Virus record (IMG/VR): IMGVR_UViG_2061766007_000327
DNA from: an uncultured virus (IMG/VR IMGVR_UViG_2061766007_000327)
Lineage: Duplodnaviria; Heunggongvirae; Uroviricota; Caudoviricetes
Reading direction: 5' to 3' (one strand)
Length of the DNA: 64,000 nt
Position numbers and translations under genes: made by a program. The notes beneath the pieces were generated by a model. It had not been told where the DNA came from and made no database searches. It worked only from the letters and a program-made list of their open reading frames with translations. Every line of letters begins with the position of its first letter. Position 1 is the stretch's first letter. Positions 21,561 through 32,100 of the stretch are shown one piece after another.

Positions 21561-23576
21561 ATGGCTATCAGCAAGGTTAAACTGCCGGACAATTCCTCGC
21601 AGGACATCAACGATGCAAGAATAGCGTCCACGGATATAACCCAGTGGAACGGCAAGCAGGCCGCGCTCGTTTCGGGCACGAACATCAAGACGGTCAATAA
21701 CGAGAGCCTTCTTGGTAGCGGGAACCTCACTATTACTGGGGAGCCAGGCGATGATGGTGTAGGAATTGCCTCGGTTGTGCAGACCGTCGAATCCACCACG
21801 CCGGGCGGAACGAACGTCATCACCATAACCAAGACTGACGGAACAAGCAGCACGGTAAATGTGAGGAACGGAGATGGGGTCGGGACAGTGGCAATAGTGC
21901 AGACCACAGGAACGTCAACCACCTCTGCTATGAGTCAGGACGGAACGACAAAGGCTCTGACGGCCATTACCGATGAACTTGGCTATGCCGCATACGAAAA
22001 GACTCTTACTCCGAGCGACTACGCCAACGTGATATGGGGAGGTGACAAATGGTATGCCTCCAATGCGAATTTCAACGGTTACGTTGCCAAGGTACACGCA
22101 GGTGCGACGGTTACGGTCAGCACAGTGCCTTCCACCAAGGGGCGAATCCTGCTATTCGCAGACAAGCCGGAGGTCGGGGTATCTACCCCTTCCGGCTCCT
22201 ACATAGATCCTGGCAACGGAGCGTCTTACACTGTACCATTCTCATTTACGGTTCCAGAAGGCAAGGAATGGCTGTTCTTCGGCGTGACGTTATCCTCTAC
22301 GACAAAGGATGTATCCTTCTCCGAAACTGGGGGCGGCTTATTGCAAATGTATAAGGAGTTTACCGATTCAGGGGTCTCACCACAGACGATTGAGGAAAAC
22401 TCCGAAAGGATAGATGACCTATACACCAAGACTGGATGGACGGATGTAGAAGAATGGTCTGTCGCCGCTTGGGGTGCAACTAACTATTACATTACAACAG
22501 ATTTCAGTCTTCCGATAAGATTTACTTATTGGACGGACAACCCCGCTTCGGATATGAGCGGCTCCTCTCACAAGCAAATGTCCATTTCTGAGTATAACGG
22601 AGACACGTTCATCGCAAATCATTACTTCTACCTTGACGAGACCCACACCATAACTATCGCATCATTCAACAGTGCGACAACCCGTGTCTTGGTGTACGGA
22701 GCGACAGCCGTTGGCTCGGTTGTGAACTGCAAGATGACGATGGAACATATCGGGACACTCAACGCTGAGTTGGAGACAAGGATAGAATCAGTCGGCTTGC
22801 GTGATTATAGCACCTTGAAATGCGTATGTCTCGGAGATAGTATCACCGAGAGTCTTGGCTCGGCAACGACATATCCCGACTACCTCCACAACATATCCAG
22901 GATGAGCGTCTATGGTTGCGGCTTCGGGGGTTCGGACTGGGCGCAAAGGGCGGAGCAGTCGGCGACACCGACATTGGCCAACGCTTACGCCGCCTATGAC
23001 CTTGTAAACCTTGTAAAGAGCTGGTGCGACAACGACTTCACCTATATAGATGCAGCCCAAGCGTTCCTTAGCAGCAACCAAGGTGATGATAATTCGGCAC
23101 AGATTGCAAGGCTGAAAGCACAGACAGTTGCAAATACGGATATGGTTATCATTATGTCCGGCGTGAATGATTTTACCAGGAACAAGGTTCTCGGAGATGC
23201 TGACAGCACCAACAAGGGAGAGGTGTCCGGGGCTATCAATCTGGTAATCCAATACCTCTTGACTGCGAACCCGAACCTTACCATCTATCTGGTGAACAAC
23301 AAGCGGTACTATGCCAACGGCAACTTCACCGATGCCGGACTTTCGGATAACATCACTAACGGCCAGGGACTACATTTGAGCGACTACAACGAATGTATCG
23401 CAAGGCAGGCGGCGAAGTGGAATATCCCGATATGCGACGTTCACGATTCGCTCGGTTGGAATAAGTATAACCATAGTGTTTACTTCGCCAGCGACGGGGC
23501 GCACTGTACGAGCAAGGGATATGAGATTATTGCCCGAAAGATATGGTCATTTATCAAGGCAAACGAAATATTCTGA
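21561..23576 (+). CDS. Tail fibre/spike with a C-terminal SGNH/GDSL hydrolase
   Basis: N-terminal fibre motif 'LVSGTNIKTVNNESLLGSGNL'. SGNH blocks: GDSIT (I), G.GG (II), GVND (III), DGAH (V). Confidence 0.8.
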   Translation: MAISKVKLPDNSSQDINDARIASTDITQWNGKQAALVSGTNIKTVNNESLLGSGNLTITGEPGDDGVGIASVVQTVESTTPGGTNVITITKTDGTSSTVNVRNGDGVGTVAIVQTTGTSTTSAMSQDGTTKALTAITDELGYAAYEKTLTPSDYANVIWGGDKWYASNANFNGYVAKVHAGATVTVSTVPSTKGRILLFADKPEVGVSTPSGSYIDPGNGASYTVPFSFTVPEGKEWLFFGVTLSSTTKDVSFSETGGGLLQMYKEFTDSGVSPQTIEENSERIDDLYTKTGWTDVEEWSVAAWGATNYYITTDFSLPIRFTYWTDNPASDMSGSSHKQMSISEYNGDTFIANHYFYLDETHTITIASFNSATTRVLVYGATAVGSVVNCKMTMEHIGTLNAELETRIESVGLRDYSTLKCVCLGDSITESLGSATTYPDYLHNISRMSVYGCGFGGSDWAQRAEQSATPTLANAYAAYDLVNLVKSWCDNDFTYIDAAQAFLSSNQGDDNSAQIARLKAQTVANTDMVIIMSGVNDFTRNKVLGDADSTNKGEVSGAINLVIQYLLTANPNLTIYLVNNKRYYANGNFTDAGLSDNITNGQGLHLSDYNECIARQAAKWNIPICDVHDSLGWNKYNHSVYFASDGAHCTSKGYEIIARKIWSFIKANEIF

Positions 23577-23580
23577 TAGT

Positions 23581-23944
23581 ATGAAAGACGTACTCAAAAT
23601 AGTAATCTTCGCCCTCGCATTGGTCGGATTCGTGACACTCGTCATNNNNNNNNNNACTCATCAACGATAAGGATGCCCGTATCGAGTCTGTCCTCCAGGA
23701 CAATATCGCACTCAAGAGTGAGGCTACCAGCGCGGAGCTGCTGATGTGTGTCAACCTCGGATGCCCACTCCGCAAGCCTGTCCAGGGGCAGGGCAAGAAG
23801 TGGTACGAGGCCCATTCTGACTCGCCTGACATCGGAGCGAACTACACTCCTATCAACGTGCTGCTTAAGATGTACGGAGACCGCAAGAAACGGATGATCC
23901 AAGAAGCCGGAGAAGACAATGGGCAAGATGAAAATACTGATTGA
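23581..23944 (+). CDS. Membrane-anchored / holin-like gene(s) spanning an assembly gap
   Basis: Hydrophobic N-terminus MKDVLKIVIFALALVGFVTLV, an N-gap at 23646-23655, then a coiled-coil frame ending at 23944, directly before the endolysin. This may be two genes. Confidence 0.4.
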
Positions 23945-24533
23945 CAACGGGCACGGATATAACTGTAAGGGTAAGGGTTCTCCTTGGAGTCTTTCAAAGA
24001 CCCCTCCAGAACTTCCTTTCCGTGAGTGGGAATGGACACGTAAGTGTGCTTCTGCTATTGTAACTGCCCTTCGGAAGAAAGGCTATGATGCTGAATTGCT
24101 CGTACCGGAAACGGTAGACGTTTCTCTGTCCACCAGGGTCAAGAGGGTAAATACGATCTGTGATAAACTTGGCGCGTCCAATGTCTGTCTTGTCTCCATC
24201 CATAACAATGCTGCCGGTAACGGCAAGAAATGGATGACGGCACGAGGCTGGGCTGGGTATGTCTACACGGTTGCATCTGCCAATTCCAAGATACTGGCGA
24301 CAAAGATATTCGAAGCCGTTGAACGCAAGGGGGTAAAAGTCAGAAAGCCTTCGGTATACCAGAAGTTCTGGACGGAAAACTTCTACATCCTTCGATACAC
24401 TAAGTGCCCTGCCGTTCTTACAGAGAATCTGTTCCAGGACAACATCAGTGATGTGACCTATCTGAACTCTTCCGTAGGTTTGAACGAACTTGTGGATGCC
24501 CACGTTGAGGGAATAATCAATTATGTAAAATGA
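23928..24533 (+). CDS. Endolysin, N-acetylmuramoyl-L-alanine amidase (Amidase_3)
   Basis: Zn-amidase motifs 'ILIDNGHG', 'E', 'SIHNNA' and 'PAVLTENLF'. Confidence 0.92.
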   Translation: MKILIDNGHGYNCKGKGSPWSLSKTPPELPFREWEWTRKCASAIVTALRKKGYDAELLVPETVDVSLSTRVKRVNTICDKLGASNVCLVSIHNNAAGNGKKWMTARGWAGYVYTVASANSKILATKIFEAVERKGVKVRKPSVYQKFWTENFYILRYTKCPAVLTENLFQDNISDVTYLNSSVGLNELVDAHVEGIINYVK

Positions 24534-24991
24534 GAGCGAAGTTACTCATAATGCCGATCCTCTTCTCCGTGCTGGCAGGATGCTGTCCGAAGGTCTTCAC
24601 GCCGACGACGATAAAGGATTCAGTGCGTGTGGAGATCCGGGATCGTATCATACACGATACCACTACCGTGACCATCCCGGTCGAAGTCGAGAAGATAGTG
24701 ACCCGGGATACCGTCTCTCATTTACAGAACACCTACGCCAAGAGCGATGCGGTTGTTTCCGGGGGATTTCTCTTCCATTCGCTCGAGTCTATTCCCCAGA
24801 TCATACGTGTCCCATTCGACCGGGTTGTAACGGATACGCTATGGCGCGAATCTGTGACCGTAGAGAGCGAAAAAATAGTAGAGATAGAGAAACCCTTATC
24901 TTGGTGGCAAAAGTTCCGTATGGGGGCATTTTGGTGGCTTTCCGGGGCGGTATTGCTTTTGCTCGCCTGGACGTTTCGTAAATTCCTGTAA
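24530..24991 (+). CDS. Lipoprotein with a C-terminal TM helix, candidate unimolecular spanin
   Basis: Lipobox LAG-C, a beta-rich middle, and C-terminal 'AFWWLSGAVLLLLAW' followed by RK. Directly after the endolysin. Confidence 0.6.
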   Translation: MRAKLLIMPILFSVLAGCCPKVFTPTTIKDSVRVEIRDRIIHDTTTVTIPVEVEKIVTRDTVSHLQNTYAKSDAVVSGGFLFHSLESIPQIIRVPFDRVVTDTLWRESVTVESEKIVEIEKPLSWWQKFRMGAFWWLSGAVLLLLAWTFRKFL

Positions 24992-25155
24992 TATTTAACG
25001 GATGTCTAAGGCTCGCATAAAGGTTACCGTCAAAAAGACGACGGCTCGCGGAGGGAACCTGATAGCCAGGGTCCCGATAGCCATCACGAAGAACGCAACC
25101 CCAAGCGGGCAGAAACTTTATCAAACAAAAGCTCAAATCGCAACACATCTATACC

Positions 25156-25554
25156 GTGGACAACGCCCCCAGACCTCTCGACTTAGAAGGGCTAATTAAG
25201 AAGTTAAGATCGGTTACACTTGCCGTACAATTAATTCCCTTCGTCTACAATGTCCTTTACATTTTGGCATTGATCATTTATTATGAGGGTTCTGAAACCG
25301 CAGCTCAAGTCGCAGACTCCTTTATGTACGTATCCCCTGTTACCATTGTCAGCTTTCTCGTATTGTCGAAAATGCTAAAGCTGTGTAAGTGGCACAAAAC
25401 CGCCTGCTGTATCCCCCTTGTCCCGAGCCTTGTTTCCTTTATCGATTACTATATCATTGAACTATCCGAAATAGCCGTGCTCGTGGAATTTTGTATGATC
25501 GCGGGCATGATAATCGTACTCTTAATATCCGCTTATAAAGTATTCCTATGCTAA
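25156..25554 (+). CDS. Multi-pass membrane protein
   Basis: About four hydrophobic segments in 132 aa. Confidence 0.6.
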   Translation: MDNAPRPLDLEGLIKKLRSVTLAVQLIPFVYNVLYILALIIYYEGSETAAQVADSFMYVSPVTIVSFLVLSKMLKLCKWHKTACCIPLVPSLVSFIDYYIIELSEIAVLVEFCMIAGMIIVLLISAYKVFLC

Positions 25555-25835
25555 ATCCTAAGACTTATCTTGCCGAGATCCTCGATTATTACAAGTACAA
25601 GTTAGACAACAACCTCTGTACGATGGAAGAGATGAATTCCTTAGCGAAGACAATCCAAGAAAATATGGAGATACAGGGGACGATATCCGACTTCGCCAAG
25701 TTCTATGACCAGCCGGAATCCTCGGTTAGAGCGACTATCTCCCGTAAACTTTTAGACAAGCCCAAACGAAAAGTATTCTATCCTTTCAATTCCTTTTCTA
25801 GAATCGTTCCAAATAAGTGGCATAAGAATAAGTAG
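25548..25835 (+). CDS. Small putative DNA-binding protein
   Basis: 'TISDFAKFYDQPESSVRATISR' is HTH-like. Confidence 0.45.
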   Translation: MLNPKTYLAEILDYYKYKLDNNLCTMEEMNSLAKTIQENMEIQGTISDFAKFYDQPESSVRATISRKLLDKPKRKVFYPFNSFSRIVPNKWHKNK

Positions 25836-25944
25836 TTAGCATTAATATGTAGCGAATTACCCTCCGCTATTTCTTCTTCCGAACTTTGCATTGACGATAC
25901 GGCCTATCGCGATGCAAAGTTTAATTTTTAATGCTAACTAACTT

Positions 25945-26886
25945 ATGGCTGAAGACAAGACAATCATAATGCCCGACAACCAGAGCGGTTGGGGCAGTGT
26001 GCCTGCAGTGTGGGCGCTTAATAACGGCTATGGCTTTGGTAATGGCTATGGCTTTGGTAACGGACTCTTCGGAGGAAGCGGCTTCGGTGCCGGCATCCTC
26101 GGAGGTATTCTTGGCGGACTCATCCCGGGTTTCTTCGGCGGCTGGGGCAACGGCTTCGGCTGGGGAGGAAACGGCAATGGTGGAGCGGCTGCTGCTTCTC
26201 TCGGGGCACAGGCTACCGCCAACGCGAACTCTGAGATGATTATGAACGCGATCAACGGGACGGATGCAGACGTTCGTCTCCTTGCTACAACCCTCAACAG
26301 CGACATCGACAGCGTAAGGCTTGCGATCAATACTGTCCAGGGTGCCGTCCAGCAGGTTGGCTCTACCGTAGGTCTTACCGGCCAGCAGGTCATCAACGCT
26401 ATCCAGCAGGGCGATGCGGCTCTCGCTTCCCAGTTGTGCCAGTGCTGCTGCCAGACACAGCAGCAGATCGCGGCGCAGGGCTACGAGAATCAGCTCCGCA
26501 CTGTCGAACAGACCAACACGCTCGGAAACGCCATCACCTTCAGCGGACAGCGTAACGTAGATGCCATCGCCGACCTTAAGACCACTATGGTCAAGGAATT
26601 CTGCGACCTTAAGGAGCGTGACATGCAGGAGAAGATCAATAGCCTCACTGCTAGCAACTCTCTCCTCCGCAGCCAGATCGATAACGCTGCTCAGACAGCC
26701 ACTATTGCCGGTCTCATCGCTCCTGTAGCCAAGGAGGTGGACGACATCAAGTGCAGGATGCCTCAGACGGTTCCGGTGCAGTGGCCTCAGTTGACCGCAG
26801 TTAACACCACTCCTTATGTGAGCGGTGGATTCTACGGTAACGGATGGAACAACTTCGGATTCGGAAACAACGGTCTCTATTTCTAA
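25945..26886 (+). CDS. Gly/aromatic-rich N-terminus plus coiled-coil protein with a CQCCC motif, function unknown
   Basis: 313 aa with high-expression codon bias. First gene of a co-oriented six-gene operon. Confidence 0.8.
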   Translation: MAEDKTIIMPDNQSGWGSVPAVWALNNGYGFGNGYGFGNGLFGGSGFGAGILGGILGGLIPGFFGGWGNGFGWGGNGNGGAAAASLGAQATANANSEMIMNAINGTDADVRLLATTLNSDIDSVRLAINTVQGAVQQVGSTVGLTGQQVINAIQQGDAALASQLCQCCCQTQQQIAAQGYENQLRTVEQTNTLGNAITFSGQRNVDAIADLKTTMVKEFCDLKERDMQEKINSLTASNSLLRSQIDNAAQTATIAGLIAPVAKEVDDIKCRMPQTVPVQWPQLTAVNTTPYVSGGFYGNGWNNFGFGNNGLYF

Positions 26887-26899
26887 AAGAAGGTAGGCT

Positions 26900-27232
26900 A
26901 TGTTCGGATGCGTTAATGTAACAACCAACGTGAATGGCATCCCGTACCTTCGCACCACTGGCGTAACGGTCGGTAGCGATTCGGTGGATTTCTCTCTGGG
27001 CTTCCGGAGGATTCCGCCGGTCGGCTACCTGACCATCAACATCGCAGATGCGATTCCCGATGGTACAACAGGCACATTGCCGGTGCGATTCACTCTGAAC
27101 GGGCAGACCCGTGCCCTTACTTCCTTCGGCGGGGTAACAGTAACTGCCGCTGATCTCTCAGAAACCGGCATAATCCAGGTCTTCTACGACTGGTACAATG
27201 GTTTCCTTCAAGTAACATCACCAATCATTTAA
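26900..27232 (+). CDS. Hypothetical beta-rich protein
   Basis: 110 aa, operon member. Confidence 0.7.
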   Translation: MFGCVNVTTNVNGIPYLRTTGVTVGSDSVDFSLGFRRIPPVGYLTINIADAIPDGTTGTLPVRFTLNGQTRALTSFGGVTVTAADLSETGIIQVFYDWYNGFLQVTSPII

Positions 27233-27244
27233 TCAACAATAACA

Positions 27245-27760
27245 ATGCTCAGCAATTTACGTCCTGGTACGCCGGTTTACATCCTTTATAAGAATGGACC
27301 ACGCGTCGCAACCGCAAAGGTCGCGCAACTTAGCAGTCAGTATCCACCACAGTTTAACTTCCAGATGCCGCCTAACGGGGTCAACCCCGGGCCGATGTTC
27401 GACCTGACGATCGAAGTCGACGGGAAGACGGAACTCTATCCGAAGATCCCGACATCTTCTTCTATAGCCGAATTTCCGGACAAGGGTGTCATCATCAGTG
27501 AGACGAGGGATGGAATAATCAACGAAGTCAATGCCATCAGAAGCGCCAGCGTTACCGCGCTTGAACAGGTAGATGCTCACAAAGGGGTTATCGCATCTTG
27601 CGACCAGCTCTTGCTGGAACTGAACCCGCAACTAAAGAGGGAGCAAGAACAGGCGAATGAGATCGCGACTTTAAAGCAACAACTGGCCGGAATGAGCGAC
27701 CAGATAGCGGCTCTGACCGGGATGCTATCTAAGTCGCTGGGTAAGAAAAAGGAGGAATAA
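27245..27760 (+). CDS. Hypothetical protein with a C-terminal coiled coil
   Basis: 171 aa, operon member. Confidence 0.7.
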   Translation: MLSNLRPGTPVYILYKNGPRVATAKVAQLSSQYPPQFNFQMPPNGVNPGPMFDLTIEVDGKTELYPKIPTSSSIAEFPDKGVIISETRDGIINEVNAIRSASVTALEQVDAHKGVIASCDQLLLELNPQLKREQEQANEIATLKQQLAGMSDQIAALTGMLSKSLGKKKEE

Positions 27761-27763
27761 ATA

Positions 27764-28024
27764 ATGGGATATTCTATCTATAATCTAAGGAGCGGATACC
27801 GCCACGAAGAGGACGAGTCTGAAGAGTTCTTCGAAGCCGCCGAGAAGGCACGCAGAGCTGTCGAGAAGATGCACGATCTCGCCTGTGAGATGGAAGACCG
27901 CTATTCCGAGCGCTATTATGGCGGAAGGGGTGGCTACGGTCGCCGCGATCGTGAAGGCTGGGACGAGATGGACGGGATGTATGGAATGCGCCGTCGTCGC
28001 GACAGTCGTGGAAGATATATGTAA
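27764..28024 (+). CDS. Small protein with an Arg/Gly/Tyr-rich tail (RRRRDSRGRYM)
   Basis: 86 aa, operon member. Confidence 0.7.
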   Translation: MGYSIYNLRSGYRHEEDESEEFFEAAEKARRAVEKMHDLACEMEDRYSERYYGGRGGYGRRDREGWDEMDGMYGMRRRRDSRGRYM

Positions 28025-28069
28025 TACCAAGGGGCGGGTCTTGCTCGCCCCATAAACCGTTAAAGGAAT

Positions 28070-28471
28070 ATGACGAGGCTTGATTATTACGATATACTGC
28101 CTGCAGGAATGGATGCCTATCTCTCCAACTATGGGTGGCACTTTTCCAAGCCCTTGTGCGAATGGGCAGTAGACAAGATGCGGGATAGGAACGGAGAACG
28201 TGTGAAGATGAAGCCGAAAGAAGAGGTCGATGCCATTCTCAAAAGGAATAACATCGAACTTGTAAACGACTACGCATATGATGCGACGTACGTAATGCAT
28301 ATGGGTCTGGCGGATTACTTCGGCAGTTCTGTCGTAGACGAAGCACACTTGGCAAAATATGTCAAGGACGTACTGGACGACGAGGACGGTTATGACGGGG
28401 TCGCCCTTACCCGATTCCTCGCGGACTGTAACGCCAAGGGGATACCTATTGTTTGGCAAGACGTGATTTAG
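28070..28471 (+). CDS. Hypothetical protein
   Basis: 133 aa with 'YLSNYGWHFSK'. Operon member. Confidence 0.7.
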   Translation: MTRLDYYDILPAGMDAYLSNYGWHFSKPLCEWAVDKMRDRNGERVKMKPKEEVDAILKRNNIELVNDYAYDATYVMHMGLADYFGSSVVDEAHLAKYVKDVLDDEDGYDGVALTRFLADCNAKGIPIVWQDVI

Positions 28472-28473
28472 TT

Positions 28474-28878
28474 ATGACTATTCGTAGGACGAGGATCCGG
28501 CGCTGGAATATCGTGTTCTATTTCTCCTTCGACATATACGACAAGGAGCGTATCTACGACGCCCTGGTCTGGGCGAAGGCGCCCAATTCTGTCATTTCCC
28601 AAGTGTTAGAGAATATCAGCGCCGGACGTCTTAACGAGGGCTTTTGCTATAGCAACGCTAAACTGAGGAGAACGGTTCTGGGAACCGGCATAGCAAGTTC
28701 CGGCCCGGAAGTGATGAACTCTATGGTCCACGAAATTATACACATATGCCAGCATATAGCGGAGGAAGACGGGCTGGATCCCTACGGAGAGGAATTCGCC
28801 TATCTGGGTGGAGATATAGCACGGGAGGTGTCAGATATTGTCTGCGTGCTCTCGTGCCCTCATTGCAGGGGTAAGTAG
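28474..28878 (+). CDS. HExxH (HEIIH) putative zinc metallopeptidase
   Basis: 'VHEIIHI' with a downstream 'EEFAY' third-ligand-like motif. Confidence 0.55.
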   Translation: MTIRRTRIRRWNIVFYFSFDIYDKERIYDALVWAKAPNSVISQVLENISAGRLNEGFCYSNAKLRRTVLGTGIASSGPEVMNSMVHEIIHICQHIAEEDGLDPYGEEFAYLGGDIAREVSDIVCVLSCPHCRGK

Positions 28879-28887
28879 CCCTTGCAT

Positions 28888-28927
28888 AATAGCCCGTCAG
28901 TTTTGCGGTTCTGGCGGGCTATTCTTT
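28888..28927. terminator. Terminator hairpin between convergent operons
   Basis: AATAGCCCGTCAG-10 nt-CTGGCGGGCTATT followed by CTTTT. Confidence 0.75.
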
Positions 28928-29142
28928 TAGTAGTCGGAAGGTTCGAGGGATTCAATGTAGATCCTGGCGATAGGGATGCCGGTCTCTCGGCTGAAGGCGT
29001 CGATTGTTTTTGGCTTCGGCCAACTCTGCCCTACCTCGATCTTCCATAACGCAGATGGAGTCAGTCCTAATTTGGATGACATAGCCTTAAGGGTGACTTT
29101 GTCCTTTTGGCGTGCTTTTAGAAATACTTGTCCTATATTCAT
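28927..29142 (-). CDS. XRE/Cro-C1-type HTH regulator
   Basis: 'LKARQ....TLKAMSSKLGLTPSALWKIEVGQSWP'. Confidence 0.85.
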   Translation of the reverse strand: MNIGQVFLKARQKDKVTLKAMSSKLGLTPSALWKIEVGQSWPKPKTIDAFSRETGIPIARIYIESLEPSDY

Positions 29143-29188
29143 ATCTTGGTCTTATGAAAGTAACTTTCCTTTGCGATAATGGACGCAA

Positions 29189-32100
29189 TCAGCGCATTCG
29201 AAGTCTGTCGATTTCTTCTTTTGTGACATGCCGCTCTGGCATTGAATTCAGCAGGTCGAACAGTTGCTGCTCCTGCTCCGGGGTGTGACACCGATCCATA
29301 ATAAGCAGAAAGATGATCGCCATTTCACTAGCCGTTGCTAGGAAGCTGTCGTATTTCTTACCGTTCCCGAACAGGCCAGACTCGATAGGGTAGTCTCCGT
29401 AAAGGAAGGCGTCCTCAAAGAGCCGGCGGATCTCCTCTGCGTTTTGGTGAATCCTGTTCAACTTGTGCTTCTTATCGTGGACAAAGCCGAATCCGATTTT
29501 CTTCATTCGGATCTCTGACTCCTTCCGCATCCGATCCATCACCTCCGCCGCCTGGACGAAGGAGTTTACGAAGACGGCACAATTCAGGGTCTCTTCGTCG
29601 TATTGCGCCGTAGTATTCTCTTCCTTTGTCATTTTGCCTGTTTTAAGAAATCGAACAATCCCTTCATGCTTGATTCTATAATGTCCTCAAAATCCTTTGG
29701 GGCAACCTCAAAACTCATAGAGACTACACATGTATAGTCAGGAACCCTAATAGGAGCGGATATTTCAAAATTATTTATCTGCACACCTTTGTCAATAGCT
29801 TCAATCAAGGCGCAAAGCAGATTTTTTTCATCAAGTGTCATTTCGTCAGTTTTAAGCAATCGAATATACCCCTCACGACGCTGTCCTTGGTAACGCTGTA
29901 CCCTTCCGTGATTTGAAGGTTAACAGTCCATCCTCCATTGATGCTATCGGTCTCACACTTGATGCCCATGATGTCCGCGCCTGGGTTTCCGTCAAGCATC
30001 ACAACGGCATCGTCTGGTATCATCGTCATATACCATTTCAGTTCTTTTCCTGTAATCATATCCAATCTCCGTTAATAGTTCTAATTGGTCGTGTAATGTT
30101 CCGCTCACCTTGCGCAATAAACATCCAGTCATCGTCAAAGTGGGACTTGTCAACCTCCATCTTCTTCGGTATTTCCTTGCGTCTCTCGTATGGTATTCTT
30201 CCCGACAGGCATCCGCAAGACCTAACCGATCCGTATTTGAGGTTGTTGCCGAGGACTGTTTTCTCGGCTCCGCAGTCGCACTTGCATCGCCAATAGACTC
30301 TGTTGTGTGTGTCCCATTCGGGCGTTTCCGCGAGTCCGATTACTGTGAGCCTTCCGAACCGTTGTCCCGTGAGGTCGTTAATCGGCCTCTTGCTGCCGGG
30401 TCTATAAACTTTCTTTGTTGCTTCCATCCTGTAATCCTAATTTGTAGAAATACATCGCTATTCCTCTGATTTCTTCTGCGTTCATCGAATCAAGAGTCGA
30501 AACCCACACTTTGTCAAGTTCTTTATCCACCCATTCATATTCTTCATCCGTGAGTGAATCCATAAAGGTCTCGAACCATTCATCAATCTCTTGTTGGCGT
30601 TTGTAGAAAGCCTCCAGTTCTTCTTTATCTGTTACCATAGTACACTCGTTATTTAATTCTCATCCTTACCTAATTTGTAGAACTTCTTGGCTACGAGCTT
30701 GCCCCACCGAAGTAACACGTCTGAAAGTTGATTGTAATCTATGCGCGCGACACCCTCACGAGGGCATATCAGGTGTTCTTCCACCCATTTGTCAATCTCT
30801 TGGTCGGTCATCGTCAGTCCTCCTTTACGATGATGATGCGAACCTTGTCACCTAATTTGAATTTATCTTCGTTAATAACACGGATTGTCTTGGCGCATAG
30901 GCTTCCACTATACCGCATTTGTATTTCTCCTTCCACCGCATCCTTCATCATCTGCTCCTTCTGCCATTCTGCAAAGTGGCGGGCGACTATTGCTATCAAG
31001 AGTTTATCCTCACCCCTCTTATATCCATACTCCTCAATGAACTTTTTGATTTCATCATTCAAGTCCTCTGACGGCTTTTCTTCTGGCAGGGTGTCGATGA
31101 AGTTTGATATGGTTGCCAGACCAGTGAAGTAACCATCGTCAAAGCCACATTGCTGGTCGTGCTTTGGCGCTTCGCTATCATATAGCCTTTCAATCTCTTG
31201 GCGTATCTTTTCAATGTTGCTCATTTCTTTTCCTCCTTGAATAGTTTACATTGGCCATCGTAGCCTTTCGTGGTATCTGCATCTTCGTCGCAAATGAACA
31301 TATATGGGCCATTGGTATAATCAAAGAAGATGTCCGTACAATGCTGGCAGAAAAAACAACTATTCTCTGCTGCCTGCACGGAATAATACTCGCATTTATA
31401 TTCTTTCATTTCTTTTCCTCCTTTGCTTTTTTGAATCTCCGTAGGACTTCCTCAAAAAACTCTTGACTTGAATTGAATTTTCTTCCCTTTGACTCTTCAA
31501 CTTGACACTCCATAGCATAGAAATCAAGTAATTGAACATCCTCCCAAGTCAGTGCAAGGTCTTTCTCGGCTTGTTCGTAGCCAGCCACGAAGTCATAGTT
31601 GATATTCCAGAACTTGAAATCATCATCGGATAATACCGCATCTCCTCCCATTACTCTTGGACCATGTGCTACTAACTGATAGGCTATTGATGCTTTTTCT
31701 GCTCTTGTCATTTCTGTTCCTCCTTAATCGTTATCTTGGGTATATCAACTCCTTCGCATCGCAATGTTGGGCTTCGATAAACATTATCTATTTTCTCATT
31801 GACAGTACGGACGTGTATCATTTCACGATAAATGGCATAGGTCGCTGCCTGAAAGTGTGAATAGGCTTTATTCTGATGTCCTCCACACCAGCTGTAACTT
31901 TGGTTGAACGATAGCTCAGGGAAAGATTGCTCTTTGAGTTTGACAAACAAGTCGCGGTCTATCTTATGCGGCACAATCTGGTCAAGTTCTTCAACTTGCC
32001 CTACGGAGATCCGATGCGCTACCTCTGTGCAAAGAGCGATGAGATCATACTGTTCTTCCGTCAGTTCAAGTGTGTACTTTTTCATTTGTCAATTACTTTA

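Noticed and set aside
20243..23576. Diversity-generating retroelement, suggested by the Mtd_N-like protein and repeats in the fibre genes
   Set aside because: There is no reverse transcriptase in the window. The repeats near 20965 and 21070 differ at synonymous positions rather than specifically at adenines.
25921..26958. Long antisense ORFs (e.g. 345 aa here, 293 aa at 8999-9880, 260 aa at 51830-52612)
   Set aside because: These are shadows of strongly codon-biased sense genes and show no protein motifs.
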